Positions 53,194-63,638 are shown, counted from the first letter of the stretch. The stretch: DNA of 64,000 nucleotides from an uncultured Acidimicrobiia bacterium (GCA_963836205.1 CAWIIV010000017.1:196936-260935); one strand, 5' to 3'. Made by a program: numbers and translations. The notes: generated from the letters alone by a model not told the origin.

Positions 53194-53700
53194 TCAGTCC
53201 CCCGAATCCCTGTCGGTGGGGTCCCTGTCGGTGGGGTCGCTGACGATGGCGCGGACGAGATCACCTCTTGACACGATGCCCACCAGGCGACCCTCGGACA
53301 CCACCGGCATCCGGGACAGGTCGTGCTCGTGCATCACCGTGGCCACCTGTTCCAGGGTGTCGTCGGGACCACAGGTGCGGGGATTGGGGTCCATCACGTC
53401 GTCGACGGTGGACCCCACCGCCTTGCGCAGGTCGGCCTCGAAGTGGGCCAATGACGACGGAAGCTCGATGTAGGCGCCCAGCACCGAGATCACGGTGGGG
53501 AAGTGGAGCCGGCTCTCCCGGACGATGAGGTCGTCGTCCTCCAGCAGGCCGAGCACGGTGCCCTCCTCGTCGACGATCGGCGCCCCGCCGATGTTGCGGG
53601 AGGAGAGGGCCCGGGCGGCCTCGTCGATGGAGTCCCCCGGCTGGAACGTCAGGACGTCGGTGGTCATCACCTGGCGGACCAGAAGCGAGCGGGGCATCAA
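53194..53700 (-). CDS. CBS-domain pair protein
   Basis: VRQVMTTDV..GAPIVD; VDDVMD..RMPVV..LVGIVSRGDL. Confidence 0.92.
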   Translation of the reverse strand: MMPRSLLVRQVMTTDVLTFQPGDSIDEAARALSSRNIGGAPIVDEEGTVLGLLEDDDLIVRESRLHFPTVISVLGAYIELPSSLAHFEADLRKAVGSTVDDVMDPNPRTCGPDDTLEQVATVMHEHDLSRMPVVSEGRLVGIVSRGDLVRAIVSDPTDRDPTDRDSGD

Positions 53701-53722
53701 ACCTCCGAGATCATGACCGTTC

Positions 53723-55078
53723 CTACCTGCGGTCGAGGACGGCGGGCAGGAGGTCGAGCAGGTCGCCGGCCACCAGGCCGTGGCGCCAGCCTAGGTGTCC
53801 GGCCCGCCCGTGGACGAAGGCGGCGGCGGCCGCGGCCCGCAGCCCGCCGAGGCCCTGGGCCAGGTAGGCGCCGACCACGCCCGCCAGCACGTCGCCGGTG
53901 CCGGCCGTGGCCAGACGCTCGTCGCCGGCGGTGGAGACGAGGACCTCGCCCGAGAAGTCGGCCACCACGGTCGTCGGCCCCTTGAGCAGCACGGTCGCGT
54001 GGGTACGGGCGGCCAGGTCGCGGGCGGCCGCGATCCGGTCGGGGCCCGGCGGACGGCCGGCCAGGCGCTCGAACTCGCCGTCGTGGGGGGTGAGGACCGT
54101 GGGGCCGGTCCGGCCTTTCAGAACGGCCGCCGCCTCCTCCGCCGTCCCCAGGGCGTAAAGGCCGTCGGCGTCGACGACGGTGGGTGGCGGCGCAGCAGCG
54201 ACCAGCCGGCGGACGGCGCCCGCGGTGGGCCCGGCCCGCCCGAGGCCGGGGCCGATCACCAGTGCCTTGGCCCGGCGGAGGTCGGCGAGGACCTCGGGGT
54301 CCCAGTCCTCGGCCGGGACCGACCGGCCCACCACCTCGAGGAAGGGCAGTTCGGGCGGCCCGCCGGGGATGCCCAGGCGGACGGTGCCGGCTCCCGCCCG
54401 CATGGCGGCCCGTGCCGCCAGGTGGGCGGCGCCCGTCATCCCCGCCGACCCGGCGACGACCCAGACCGCGGTCTTCCACTTGTGGGTGCCGACCGGGCGC
54501 CGGGGGACCCACCCGTCCACGTCGTCGAGCTCGACCCGGTGGACGGTGGCGCCTGAGGCGTCGAGGCCGATGTCGACCACGTCGACCCGGCCGGCCAACT
54601 CCCTCCCCGGCGGGAAGAGGAGGCCGGGCTTGAGAGCGGCGAACGTGACGGTGCGGACGGCCCTGACCGCCCCCGGGCCGGCGGCGCCGGTGAGCCCGTC
54701 GACGCCCGAGGGGATGTCGACGGCGAGGACGGGAGCGCCGCCGGGGTCGGGCGCCTGGTAGTCGCCCCGGAACCCGGTGCCGTAGGCGGCGTCGATCACC
54801 AGGTCGAGCCCGGCCGGGAGCCGGGCCGGAGGGTCGACCGCGTCGAGCACCTCCACCCGCACGCCCCGCCGGGCGAGTTGTGCAGCGGCGTGGCGCCCGT
54901 CGGCCCCGTTGTTCCCCTTGCCCGCCACCACCACGACCCGCCGCCCGTACGTCCCGCCCATCATGTCCACCGCCGCCACCGCCACCGCCCATCCCGCCCG
55001 GGCCACAAGCACGTCCACCGCCTCCGGCGCCGCCCGATCGATGGCCGCCATCTCCGCAGGCGTGACGACCGGGATCAC
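53723..55078 (-). CDS. nnr: Bifunctional NAD(P)H-hydrate epimerase/dehydratase
   Basis: GKGNNGADG, AVDIPSG, GPGLG, VDADGL, LTPHDGE, TAGTGDVLAG. Confidence 0.93.
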   Translation of the reverse strand: MIPVVTPAEMAAIDRAAPEAVDVLVARAGWAVAVAAVDMMGGTYGRRVVVVAGKGNNGADGRHAAAQLARRGVRVEVLDAVDPPARLPAGLDLVIDAAYGTGFRGDYQAPDPGGAPVLAVDIPSGVDGLTGAAGPGAVRAVRTVTFAALKPGLLFPPGRELAGRVDVVDIGLDASGATVHRVELDDVDGWVPRRPVGTHKWKTAVWVVAGSAGMTGAAHLAARAAMRAGAGTVRLGIPGGPPELPFLEVVGRSVPAEDWDPEVLADLRRAKALVIGPGLGRAGPTAGAVRRLVAAAPPPTVVDADGLYALGTAEEAAAVLKGRTGPTVLTPHDGEFERLAGRPPGPDRIAAARDLAARTHATVLLKGPTTVVADFSGEVLVSTAGDERLATAGTGDVLAGVVGAYLAQGLGGLRAAAAAAFVHGRAGHLGWRHGLVAGDLLDLLPAVLDRR

Positions 55079-55440
55079 AGGGCGACGGCGACCGCCTGCG
55101 CGCTCCGGGACGTGTGGGTCAAGGACAGCCGCCAGCCGACCACGCCCAGGTCGTCGGCCAGGGCCGCGGCCCGCCCGGTCAGGACGAGCGACGGCGCCCC
55201 CGACGGCGCCGACACCACCTCCACGTCGTGGAAACCGAACGCGCCCAGTCCGACGCCTAACGCCTTCATCACCGCCTCCTTGGCCGCGAACCGGGCCGCC
55301 AGCCGGGGGACGGGGTCGGCCGAGCGGGAGACGTGGGCCCGCTCCCCGGGCGTGAACACCCGGTCGGCCACCGCCGGCGAGCGGGCCAGCACGGCGCGGA
55401 ACCGGTCGATCTCCACCGCGTCGATGCCGATCCCGATCAC
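55075..55440 (-). CDS. acpS: Holo-ACP synthase
   Basis: GIGIDAVEI, AARFAAKEAVMKALG, LSLTH. Confidence 0.96.
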   Translation of the reverse strand: MIGIGIDAVEIDRFRAVLARSPAVADRVFTPGERAHVSRSADPVPRLAARFAAKEAVMKALGVGLGAFGFHDVEVVSAPSGAPSLVLTGRAAALADDLGVVGWRLSLTHTSRSAQAVAVAL

Positions 55441-55458
55441 CTGGGCTCGATCACGGGG

Positions 55459-57300
55459 TCACTCGACGGTGACGGTCTTGGCCAGGTTGCGGGGCTGGTC
55501 GACGTCCCAGCCCCGGGCCTTGGCCACCGCGTAGGCGAAGAGCTGGAGGGCCACGACGTCGACGATGGGCGAGAACAGCTCCGCCCCCGCCGGCACCCGC
55601 GGCACCTCCAGCACCGCGTCGGCGGCGGCGGCCACCCGGTCGCCCTCGTTGGCCACCACGATCACCGTCGCCCCCCGGGCCTTGACCTCCTCCACGTTCA
55701 TCATGATCTTGGACTGGAGATGGCCCCTGGTGGCCACCGCCACCACCACCGTCCCCGGCTCGACGAGGGCGATGGGCCCGTGCTTCATCTCCCCCGCGGG
55801 ATAGGCCTCGGCCCGGGCGTAGGAGATCTCCTTGAGCTTGAGCGCCCCCTCCAGCGCCACCGGGTAGCCGACCCCCCGGCCGAGAAAGAAGAAGTCCCGC
55901 ACCGAGGCGAAGCGGGCCGCCACCCCGAACACGTCGTCGGCCCGGTCGAGCACCTGCTGCACCAGCGCCGGCATGCGGCAGAGGCTCTCCACCAGCAGGC
56001 CCGCCTCCTCCGGGAACAGCGTGCCCCGCAGCTCGGCCAGGCGCAAGGCCAGCAGCTCGAGCGCCACCACCTGGGCCACGTGGGTCTTGGTGGCCGCCAC
56101 CCCGATCTCCAGGCCGGCCCGGGTGTACAGGACCGCGTCGGACTCCCGGGCCATGGACGCGTCGACCACGTTGCACACCGACAGCACCCGGGCTTTGTTC
56201 GACGCCGACCGGGCGTAGCGGCAGGCCTCCATGGTGTCGAGGCTCTCGCCCGACTGGCTCACGCCGATCACGAGGGTCTGGGCGTCGAGGACGGGGCTGC
56301 GGTAGCGGAACTCGCTCGCCACGTCGATCTCCGTCGGCAGCCGGGCCCAGTGCTCGATGGCGTACTTGGCCACCAGGCCCGCGTGGTAGCTCGTCCCGCA
56401 GCCGACGATGAAGACCTTGTCGACCGCCCGCAGCTCGTCGTCCGAAAGCTGCAGCTCGTCGAGGGTGAGCCGCCCGCCCCGGGTGCGACCCCGGAGCGTC
56501 TCCCGGACGGCCTGGGGCTGCTCGTGCATCTCCTTGAGCATGAAGTCGGCGTAGCCCGCCTTCTCCGCCACCTCGATGTCGTAGGGGATGTGGCGGCGCA
56601 CGGGCGTGACCTCGACCCCGTCGAGGCCGGTCACCCGCAGCCAGCCGGGCCGAGCCTCGACCACCTGGTCGTCGTCGAGCACGTAGATCTCCCGGGTCGA
56701 CGGGAGGATGGCGGGGATGTCGGACGCGACCAGGGAGGCGTGGTCGGTTCGCCCCGCGACGAGGGGCGAACCCCGGCGGGCGGCCACCAGCAGGTCGGGG
56801 TCGGTGGCCGAGACCACCGCCACCGCAAAGGAGCCCTCCACCCGGCGAAGGGAGGCCCGGACCGCGTCGGCCAACCCGAGTCCGTCGGCCATGGCCTGCT
56901 CCACCAGGTGGGCCAGGACCTCGGTGTCTGTCTCCGAACGCAGCTCGTGGCCCGCCGCCACAAGCTCGTCGCCCAGCTCGACGTGGTTCTCGATGATCCC
57001 GTTGTGGACCAGGGCCAGCCCGCCGGAGCAGTCGGCGTGGGGATGGGCGTTGGCCTCCGACGGGCGGCCGTGGGTGGCCCACCGGGTGTGGCCGATGCCG
57101 GTGGTCGCATCCGCGGGCGCGTCGCCCACCGCAGCCATCAGCTCGGCCAGCTTGCCCGCCCGCCGCCGCACCCAGACCGTCCCCCCGTCGACCAGGGCCA
57201 CACCGGCCGAGTCGTAGCCGCGGTACTCCAGGCGGGACAGCCCGTCGAGGATGACGGGAAGCGCGGGCCCGCTCCCGATGACGCCGACGATGCCGCACAT
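55459..57300 (-). CDS. glmS: Glutamine--fructose-6-phosphate aminotransferase
   Basis: MCGIVG, LEYRGYDSAG, GHTRWATHG, SQSGE, LKLKEISY, PRNLAKTVTVE. Confidence 0.98.
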   Translation of the reverse strand: MCGIVGVIGSGPALPVILDGLSRLEYRGYDSAGVALVDGGTVWVRRRAGKLAELMAAVGDAPADATTGIGHTRWATHGRPSEANAHPHADCSGGLALVHNGIIENHVELGDELVAAGHELRSETDTEVLAHLVEQAMADGLGLADAVRASLRRVEGSFAVAVVSATDPDLLVAARRGSPLVAGRTDHASLVASDIPAILPSTREIYVLDDDQVVEARPGWLRVTGLDGVEVTPVRRHIPYDIEVAEKAGYADFMLKEMHEQPQAVRETLRGRTRGGRLTLDELQLSDDELRAVDKVFIVGCGTSYHAGLVAKYAIEHWARLPTEIDVASEFRYRSPVLDAQTLVIGVSQSGESLDTMEACRYARSASNKARVLSVCNVVDASMARESDAVLYTRAGLEIGVAATKTHVAQVVALELLALRLAELRGTLFPEEAGLLVESLCRMPALVQQVLDRADDVFGVAARFASVRDFFFLGRGVGYPVALEGALKLKEISYARAEAYPAGEMKHGPIALVEPGTVVVAVATRGHLQSKIMMNVEEVKARGATVIVVANEGDRVAAAADAVLEVPRVPAGAELFSPIVDVVALQLFAYAVAKARGWDVDQPRNLAKTVTVE

Positions 57301-57362
57301 CTCCCCATCTTCTCGCGTCCGCCGCCCGCGGGCGGTCGCGAGCGACCTGCCGCCCAGATGCC

Positions 57363-58709
57363 CTACGAGCCGAGCGCCCTCGTCACCGCCTGGCACAGGG
57401 CCTCGCAGGCGGCCTCGGCCGCGGCCATGGTCTCCGCCTCCACCATCACCCGGATGACGGGCTCGGTGCCGCTGGCCCGGATGAGGACCCGACCGGCGTC
57501 GCCCAAACCGGCCGTCACCTCGGCGATGACCGCCTTGAGCTCGGTCTCGTCGGCCAACGGCCGGCGCGACGTCACCGCCACGTTGCGCAGCACCTGGGGC
57601 AGCCGCTCCACCACCGCCGCCAGCTCGGCCAGCGACCGTCCCGAGCGGACGACGACGTCGAGCACCTGCAGCGCGGTGAGGATGCCGTCGCCGGTGGTGG
57701 CCAGGTCGCGGAAGATCACGTGGCCCGACTGCTCGCCGCCGAGGGTCCAGCCCCCCTTTTCCAGCGCCTCCAGCACGTAGCGGTCGCCCACGTCGGTCTC
57801 GACCATGGTGATCCCGGCCTCTCGCATGGCGTGGCGGAAGCCGAGGTTGGCCATCACCGTCACCACCACGGTGTGGTCAGGCAGGCGCCCGGACGCCTGG
57901 CGGTCGACGGCCAGCAGGGCGATGAGCTGGTCGCCGTCGACCAGGTTGCCACCCGCGTCGACGGCCAGCACCCGATCGGCGTCGCCGTCGAAGGCCAGCC
58001 CGGCGTCGGCGCCGCGGGCCACCACCTCGGCCTGGAGGGCCGCGGGGTGGGTCGACCCGCAGTCGTGGTTGATGTTGCGCCCGTCGGGATCGTCGTGGAG
58101 GACGTGGACGGTGGCCCCCAGCCGGCGGAAGACCTCGGGCGCTACCGTCGACGCGGCCCCGTTGGCGCAGTCGAGCACCAGGGTGAGCCCGTCGAGGGCG
58201 CCGGGGCCGAGCACGCCCACCATCCCGTCGACGTAGCGGTGGCGGCCGTCGTCGCCGGTCACCGTGCCTACGCCCGCCCCGACGGGTGCCGGTGGGTGCG
58301 AACCACCAGCGGTCACGCCCAGGAGGCGGTCGAGCTCGTCCTCCAGCCGGGCCTCGTCCTCGTCGCTCAGCTTGCGCCCGCCGCCGGCGAAGAACTTGAT
58401 CCCGTTGTCGTGGAACGGGTTGTGCGACGCCGAGATCACCGCCGCCGGGTGGCCGTCGGCCGCCGACAGCCAGGCCACGCCCGGGGTGGGGAGCACGCCG
58501 AGGTCGGCCACGTGGCACCCCTCCGCCATCAGCCCGGCCGACAGCGCCGCCTGGAGCAGCGCCCCCGAGACCCGGGTGTCGCGACCGATCAGGAAGTGGT
58601 CGCCGGGGAGGACGCGGGCCGCAGCCCGGCCCAGGGCCAGGACGACTTCAGGGGTGAGATCGGCGTTGGCTACACCGCGGACACCGTCGGTACCGAACCG
58701 CAGGGTCAG
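57363..58709 (-). CDS. glmM: Phosphoglucosamine mutase (apparent CTG start)
   Basis: FGTDGVRG, ISASHNP, FDGDADR, GGEQSGH, RASGTEP; no ATG/GTG/TTG between the rpsI stop and FGTDG. Confidence 0.95.
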   Translation of the reverse strand: MTLRFGTDGVRGVANADLTPEVVLALGRAAARVLPGDHFLIGRDTRVSGALLQAALSAGLMAEGCHVADLGVLPTPGVAWLSAADGHPAAVISASHNPFHDNGIKFFAGGGRKLSDEDEARLEDELDRLLGVTAGGSHPPAPVGAGVGTVTGDDGRHRYVDGMVGVLGPGALDGLTLVLDCANGAASTVAPEVFRRLGATVHVLHDDPDGRNINHDCGSTHPAALQAEVVARGADAGLAFDGDADRVLAVDAGGNLVDGDQLIALLAVDRQASGRLPDHTVVVTVMANLGFRHAMREAGITMVETDVGDRYVLEALEKGGWTLGGEQSGHVIFRDLATTGDGILTALQVLDVVVRSGRSLAELAAVVERLPQVLRNVAVTSRRPLADETELKAVIAEVTAGLGDAGRVLIRASGTEPVIRVMVEAETMAAAEAACEALCQAVTRALGS

Positions 58710-58722
58710 GAGAACTCGCCCG

Positions 58723-59115
58723 CTAGCGCTTGGAGTACTGGGGAGCCTTCCGGGCCTTCTTGAGGCCGTACTTCTTGCTTTCCTTTTCGCGGGCGTCGCG
58801 GGTGAGGAACCCGGCCTTCTTGAGCACGCCCCGCAGGTCCTCGTCGAGGCCGACCAGACCGCGGGAGATGCCGAGGCGGAGGGCGCCGGCCTGGCCGGTG
58901 GGGCCACCGCCGTCGAGGGTGGCGTCGATGTCGTAGGTCTCGGTGAGCGTCGTGAGCCGCAGGGGCTCGGTGACCACCATGCGGTGGGTCTCCGACGGGA
59001 AGTAGTTGTCGAGGGTGCGCTTGTTGACGGTGATGACGCCCGTGCCGGTGCGCAGGCGCACCCGCGCCACGGCCCGCTTGCGGCGGCCGGTCGACTGGAT
59101 GAGGGGCTTGGGCAA
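58723..59115 (-). CDS. rpsI: 30S ribosomal protein S9
   Basis: [33 protein letters not shown]. Confidence 0.98.
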   Translation of the reverse strand: MPKPLIQSTGRRKRAVARVRLRTGTGVITVNKRTLDNYFPSETHRMVVTEPLRLTTLTETYDIDATLDGGGPTGQAGALRLGISRGLVGLDEDLRGVLKKAGFLTRDAREKESKKYGLKKARKAPQYSKR

Positions 59116-59130
59116 CGTGTCCTCCTGGCC

Positions 59131-59589
59131 CTACGAGCCCTGCGGGCGGCTGGCGGTGTGGGCCAGCGGCCGCGGCTGCGGGAGCTGTGCGACGTGGGGG
59201 TGGTGGGGTCCGGCGTAGACCTTGAGCTTCTTGAGCATCTGGCGGCCGAGGGGACCCTTGGGGAGCATCCCCTTCACCGCGGCCCGCACGGCGGCCTCGG
59301 GGTTGGTGGCCATGATCTCGGTGTAGCTCTTCGACCGCAGGCCGCCGGGGTAGCCGGAGTGGCGGTAGGCCAGCTTCTTGGCCGCTTTGCCGGCGGTGAG
59401 CACGACCTTGGACGCGTTGACCACGATCACGTGGTCGCCGGTGTCGATGTGGGGGGCGAAGATCGGCTTGTGCTTGCCCCGGAGCAGGCGGGCCACTTCG
59501 GACGACATGCGACCGAGCACCAGCCCGTCGGCGTCGACGACGTGCCAGGCCCGCGTCACGTCGGACGGCTTGGGGGAGAACGTGGGCAT
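59131..59589 (-). CDS. rplM: 50S ribosomal protein L13
   Basis: [39 protein letters not shown]. Confidence 0.98.
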   Translation of the reverse strand: MPTFSPKPSDVTRAWHVVDADGLVLGRMSSEVARLLRGKHKPIFAPHIDTGDHVIVVNASKVVLTAGKAAKKLAYRHSGYPGGLRSKSYTEIMATNPEAAVRAAVKGMLPKGPLGRQMLKKLKVYAGPHHPHVAQLPQPRPLAHTASRPQGS

Positions 59590-59680
59590 CCCCAGAGGGT
59601 AGCTTGCCGGCGACCTGAGGATTTCGGCCCGGTTCGAGACGGCGCGCCCGTCCCGGCCAGGGCGGCCGACCCCGAGCAAA

Positions 59681-59878
59681 TGGCGCGACAGGTCCCCAGG
59701 AGCGACCACAAGTGGCATCCGCTCGCCCGGCGACGGGCATGCCCGCTGAGCGAGAGGCGCGAGAGGGCCCGCCATGGGACCACAAGTGCCGTCGGCTCGC
59801 CCGGATGACGGGCATGCCCGCCGAGCGAGTGGCGCGAGAGGTCCCAATCGGGACCACAAGCGGCATCCGCTCGCCCGG
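59681..59878. repeat. ~75-bp imperfect tandem repeat (~2.7 copies) between truA and rplM
   Basis: ggcgcgaSagg.ccc...gaccacaag.g.c.tc.gctcgcccgg recurs at ~59682, ~59756 and ~59831. Confidence 0.85.
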
Positions 59879-59895
59879 TCCCCGGCCCGGACCGG

Positions 59896-60732
59896 TCAGG
59901 CGTTCGGCTGGGCCGAGTCGAACCCGGGATACCTCACCGACCACAGGCACAGGCCGTGGGGTGGGGCGATGTGGCCGGCCAACGACCGCTTCCGAGCCCG
60001 CAGCACGCCCGCCATCTCGCCCGCCAGCCGCTTGCCCAGTCCGATCTCCACCATGGTGCCCACCAGCGAACGCACCATCTGGTGGCAGAACGAGCTGGCC
60101 TCGATCTCGAACCGGAGAAGCCCGTCGCCGAGATCGGTCCACCGAGCCTCGTCGACCCGCCGCACCAGTGAGGCGTCCGGATCACGCCTCGGCCGCCGGC
60201 AGAACGAGGTGAAGTCGTGCTCTCCGATGATCGGGTCGCAGCTCAGCCGCAGGGCCCCGATCGACAGCGCCGACGGCACGTGCCACGTGGTCGCGGCCAG
60301 GAAGGGGTCGGGCACCTCCCGATTGAGCACGGTGTACCGGTATCGCCGCGACAACGCCGACCGCCGGGCGTCGAACCCGGCATCGACCACGGCGACCTCA
60401 CGGGCCGCGATGCCGGGACCCAGAGACGAGTTGACCGACCGCTGCAGGCCGGCCGCGTCGAACCGCTCCGAAACGGTGTCGAACGTGACCACCTGGCCCC
60501 AGGCATGCACCCCTCCGTCGGTGCGCCCCGCGCACACCAACGACACGTCGTCCCGAAGGGCCCGATCGATCGCCCCCTTGAGCGCGCCGGCGACCGTGGC
60601 TTGCCCCGGCTGCGCCGCGAACCCGTGAAACCGCCCCCCGTCGTAGGCGACGACGAGGCGCACCCGCACGCCGGCCCCGGTTTGGATCACCCGTGGCGTG
60701 GTGGATTCGCTCGTCGGCCCGGGATTCACCAC
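59896..60732 (-). CDS. truA: tRNA pseudouridine(38-40) synthase
   Basis: AYDGGRFHG, AGRTDGGVHA, FDARRSA, FCHQMVR; start may be GTG 60669. Confidence 0.96.
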   Translation of the reverse strand: MVNPGPTSESTTPRVIQTGAGVRVRLVVAYDGGRFHGFAAQPGQATVAGALKGAIDRALRDDVSLVCAGRTDGGVHAWGQVVTFDTVSERFDAAGLQRSVNSSLGPGIAAREVAVVDAGFDARRSALSRRYRYTVLNREVPDPFLAATTWHVPSALSIGALRLSCDPIIGEHDFTSFCRRPRRDPDASLVRRVDEARWTDLGDGLLRFEIEASSFCHQMVRSLVGTMVEIGLGKRLAGEMAGVLRARKRSLAGHIAPPHGLCLWSVRYPGFDSAQPNA

Positions 60733-60783
60733 GCTACCGATGCGTGAAACCGCCGGATGGCGCCCGGGCGGCGAGTCGGACGC

Positions 60784-61137
60784 CTAGACGAATTCGATGC
60801 GGGCCATGGGCGCGTTGTCGCCATGGCGAGGGCCGAGCTTGAGGATGCGGAGGTAGCCGCCGGGACGGTCCTCGTAGCGGGGACCGATCTCCTCGAAGAG
60901 CTTGTGGGCCATGTCCTTGTCGCCGATGAAGGCCACCACCTGGCGATGCCGGTGGACGCCGCCCTTGCGGGCCTTGGTGATCATCTTCTCCGCTATCGGC
61001 CGCAGGGCCTTGGCCTTGGCCTCGGTGGTGACCAGGGCCTCGGCCGCGATCAGCGAAGCCACCAGGTTGCCCATCATCAGCCGCTGGTGCGACGCGCTGC
61101 CGCCGAAGCGGCGGCCCTTCTTGGGCGTGGCCGGCAT
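60784..61137 (-). CDS. rplQ: 50S ribosomal protein L17
   Basis: TTEAKAK, RPGGYLRILK, GDNAPMA. Confidence 0.98.
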   Translation of the reverse strand: MPATPKKGRRFGGSASHQRLMMGNLVASLIAAEALVTTEAKAKALRPIAEKMITKARKGGVHRHRQVVAFIGDKDMAHKLFEEIGPRYEDRPGGYLRILKLGPRHGDNAPMARIEFV

Positions 61138-61143
61138 GGCGGG

Positions 61144-62085
61144 CTAGGCCCCCTTGTTGCGCAGGGCCAGGCCCCGCTCGTCGAGCTTGGCCAGCACCTC
61201 GTCGAGCGACTTCTGGCCGAAGTTGGTGATGGCCAGCAGGTCGTCCTCGGTCTTGTTGACCAGCTCGCCGACGGTGTTGATCTGGGCTCGCTTGAGGCAG
61301 TTGCGGGGGCGCTCGGACAGGTCGAGCTCCTCGATGGCGAGGTCGAGGTCGGGGGAGCCGCTGCCCAGCCCGCCCGTCTCGCCCAGCTCGAGGGCCTGGG
61401 GCGAGTCGCTCATCTGCGCCACCAGGCCGACCAGGGCCTGCAACGTCGCGCCGGCCGAAGCCAGGGCCTCGCGGGGCGAGATCGACCCGTCGGTCTCGAT
61501 GTCGAGGGTGAGGCGGTCGTAGTTGGTGGCCTGCTCGACCCGGGTGGGCTCGACCTGGAAGGCCACCCGCCGCACCGGCGAGAAGATCGAGTCGACCGGG
61601 ATGACCCCGATCACCGACGACTTCTTGTTCTTGTCGGCTGACACGTAGCCCCGGCCCCGCTCGACGGTGATGTCGATCGCCAGCCGGGCCCGGTCGGACA
61701 TCGACGCGATGTGCATCTCCGGGTTGAGGATCTCCACGTCGGAGTGGGGCTGGATGTCGCGGGCGGTGACCTCACCCGCGCCGCGGGCGTCGAGGCGGAG
61801 GATGACGGGCTCGTCGGACTCCACCGTCAGGACCAGGTCCTTGAGGTTGAGGATGATGTCGGTGACGTCCTCCTTCACCCCCGGGATGGTGGCGAACTCG
61901 TGAAGCACGTCGTCGAAGCGGACCTGGGTGACGGCCGCGCCCGGGATCGACGAGAGGAGGGTGCGGCGGAGCGAGTTGCCGAGGGTGTGGCCGAAGCCGG
62001 GCTCGAGCGGGGAGACAGAAAACCGCTGGAGGTTGCCTTCGGGCTCGGTGAGAGCCTCGACGGTGGGGCGCTGAATGATGAGCAT
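61144..62085 (-). CDS. rpoA: RNA polymerase alpha subunit
   Basis: PLEPGFGHTLGNSLRRTLLSSIPG, GRGYV, NCLKRA, NFGQKS. Confidence 0.98.
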   Translation of the reverse strand: MLIIQRPTVEALTEPEGNLQRFSVSPLEPGFGHTLGNSLRRTLLSSIPGAAVTQVRFDDVLHEFATIPGVKEDVTDIILNLKDLVLTVESDEPVILRLDARGAGEVTARDIQPHSDVEILNPEMHIASMSDRARLAIDITVERGRGYVSADKNKKSSVIGVIPVDSIFSPVRRVAFQVEPTRVEQATNYDRLTLDIETDGSISPREALASAGATLQALVGLVAQMSDSPQALELGETGGLGSGSPDLDLAIEELDLSERPRNCLKRAQINTVGELVNKTEDDLLAITNFGQKSLDEVLAKLDERGLALRNKGA

Positions 62086-62114
62086 GCTTGAACTCCTGAT
62101 TACCCTGGTTGGGC

Positions 62115-62738
62115 TTACTTCGAGTAGAGCTCGACGATGAGCGACTCGCGGACGGGCACGTCGATGTGCTCGCGCTGGGGGATGCCGCGGACGGTGACCG
62201 ACATCCCTTCGTCGCCGGTCTCCAGCCAGGGCGGGACCAGGCGGTCGATCGTGTCGAGGTTGTGGCGGAGGACGATCATGGTGCGGGACTTTGGGCGCAC
62301 GGAGACGACCTCGCCCGGACGCACCTGGTAGCTGGGGATGGTGACCCGCTTGCCGTTGACGTTGACGTGGCCGTGGCGCACGAACTGGCGGGCCTGGGAG
62401 CGGCTGGCGCCCCATCCGGCCCGGAAGGCGACGTTGTCGAGGCGCTGCTCGAGCATCTGGAGGAGGATCTCGCCGGTGATGCCGTCCTGGCGGTTGGCTT
62501 CCTCGTACATGTTGCGAAACTGCTTCTCGAGCACACCGTAGATGCGGCGGGCCTTCTGCTTCTCCCGCAGCTGGAGCAGGTACTCGGACTCCCGCACCCG
62601 GCCCCGGCCGTGCTCGCCGGGGGGGTAGGGCCGGCGCTCGATCGGGCACTTCATGGAGTCGCACTTCGGACCCTTCAGGAACAGCTTCATCTTCTCCCGC
62701 CGGCAGAGGCGGCAGACGGGACCGGTGTAGCGAGCCAT
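62115..62738 (-). CDS. rpsD: 30S ribosomal protein S4 (Zn-ribbon form)
   Basis: MARYTGPVCRLCRRE..KC...C, RLDNV, IVELYSK. Confidence 0.98.
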   Translation of the reverse strand: MARYTGPVCRLCRREKMKLFLKGPKCDSMKCPIERRPYPPGEHGRGRVRESEYLLQLREKQKARRIYGVLEKQFRNMYEEANRQDGITGEILLQMLEQRLDNVAFRAGWGASRSQARQFVRHGHVNVNGKRVTIPSYQVRPGEVVSVRPKSRTMIVLRHNLDTIDRLVPPWLETGDEGMSVTVRGIPQREHIDVPVRESLIVELYSK

Positions 62739-62740
62739 CG

Positions 62741-63139
62741 TCAGACCCTCCGCCGCTTGGGCGGGCGGCAACCGTTGTGGGGGATGGGCGTGAGGTCCTT
62801 GATGCCGGAAACCTCGATGCCGGTGTTCTGCAGCGAGCGGATGGCGGTGTCGCGGCCGGAGCCGGGACCCTTCACCAGCACGTCGACCTTGCGCACGCCG
62901 TGCTCCATGGCCCGCCGGGCACAGGCCTCGGCCGCCAGTTGGGCGGCAAAGGGGGTGGACTTGCGGGACCCCTTGAAGCCGACGTTGCCGGCCGACGCCC
63001 AGGCGAGGACGTTGCCCTCCATGTCGCTGATGGAGATGATCGTGTTGTTGAACGAGCTCTTGATGTGAGCGACCCCGTAGGTGACGTTCTTGCGCTCGCG
63101 CTTCTTCGGACGCCGGCCACCTGGCTTGGGCTTCGGCAC
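62741..63139 (-). CDS. rpsK: 30S ribosomal protein S11
   Basis: [30 protein letters not shown]. Confidence 0.98.
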   Translation of the reverse strand: MPKPKPGGRRPKKRERKNVTYGVAHIKSSFNNTIISISDMEGNVLAWASAGNVGFKGSRKSTPFAAQLAAEACARRAMEHGVRKVDVLVKGPGSGRDTAIRSLQNTGIEVSGIKDLTPIPHNGCRPPKRRRV

Positions 63140-63516
63140 TACTTCCTCACCTTCTTCTTCCCGGCGACGGTCTTCTTGGGACCCTTCCGGGTACGGGCGT
63201 TGGTGTGCGTCCGCTGGCCGCGCACGGGCAGGCCCCGGCGGTGGCGGATGCCCTGGTAGCAGCCGATCTCGATCTTGCGCTTGATGTCCTGGGCGACGTC
63301 GCGGCGCAGGTCGCCCTCGACCTTGAGGTTGGCGTCGATCCAGGTGCGGAGGCGGGCCACCTCCTCGTCGGTGAGGTCGCGGACACGCGTCGACGGGTCG
63401 GTGCCGGTCTCGATGCAGACCTGGTGGGCCCGGGTGCGCCCGATCCCGTAGATATAGGTGAGGGAGATCTCCAACCGCTTCTCGCGGGGGATGTCGACAC
63501 CGGCGATACGTGCCAT
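63139..63516 (-). CDS. rpsM: 30S ribosomal protein S13
   Basis: [28 protein letters not shown]. Confidence 0.98.
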   Translation of the reverse strand: MARIAGVDIPREKRLEISLTYIYGIGRTRAHQVCIETGTDPSTRVRDLTDEEVARLRTWIDANLKVEGDLRRDVAQDIKRKIEIGCYQGIRHRRGLPVRGQRTHTNARTRKGPKKTVAGKKKVRK

Positions 63517-63524
63517 GAATCCCC

Positions 63525-63638
63525 TCAGCCCTGGCGTTGCTTGTGACGGGGGTTGGTGCAGATCACCAACACCTTGCCGTGCCTGCGCACCACCTTGCAG
63601 TGGTCGCAGATCGGCTTCACGCTCGGCTTAACTTTCAT
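63525..63638 (-). CDS. rpmJ: 50S ribosomal protein L36
   Basis: Own translation: [37 protein letters not shown]. Confidence 0.97.
   Translation of the reverse strand: MKVKPSVKPICDHCKVVRRHGKVLVICTNPRHKQRQG

Noticed and set aside
57301-57362. glmS ribozyme
   Set aside because: Only ~60 bp between glmM and glmS, with no core motif.
59681-59878. CRISPR array
   Set aside because: No unique 30-40-bp spacers, units are diverged along their whole length, and there are no cas genes.
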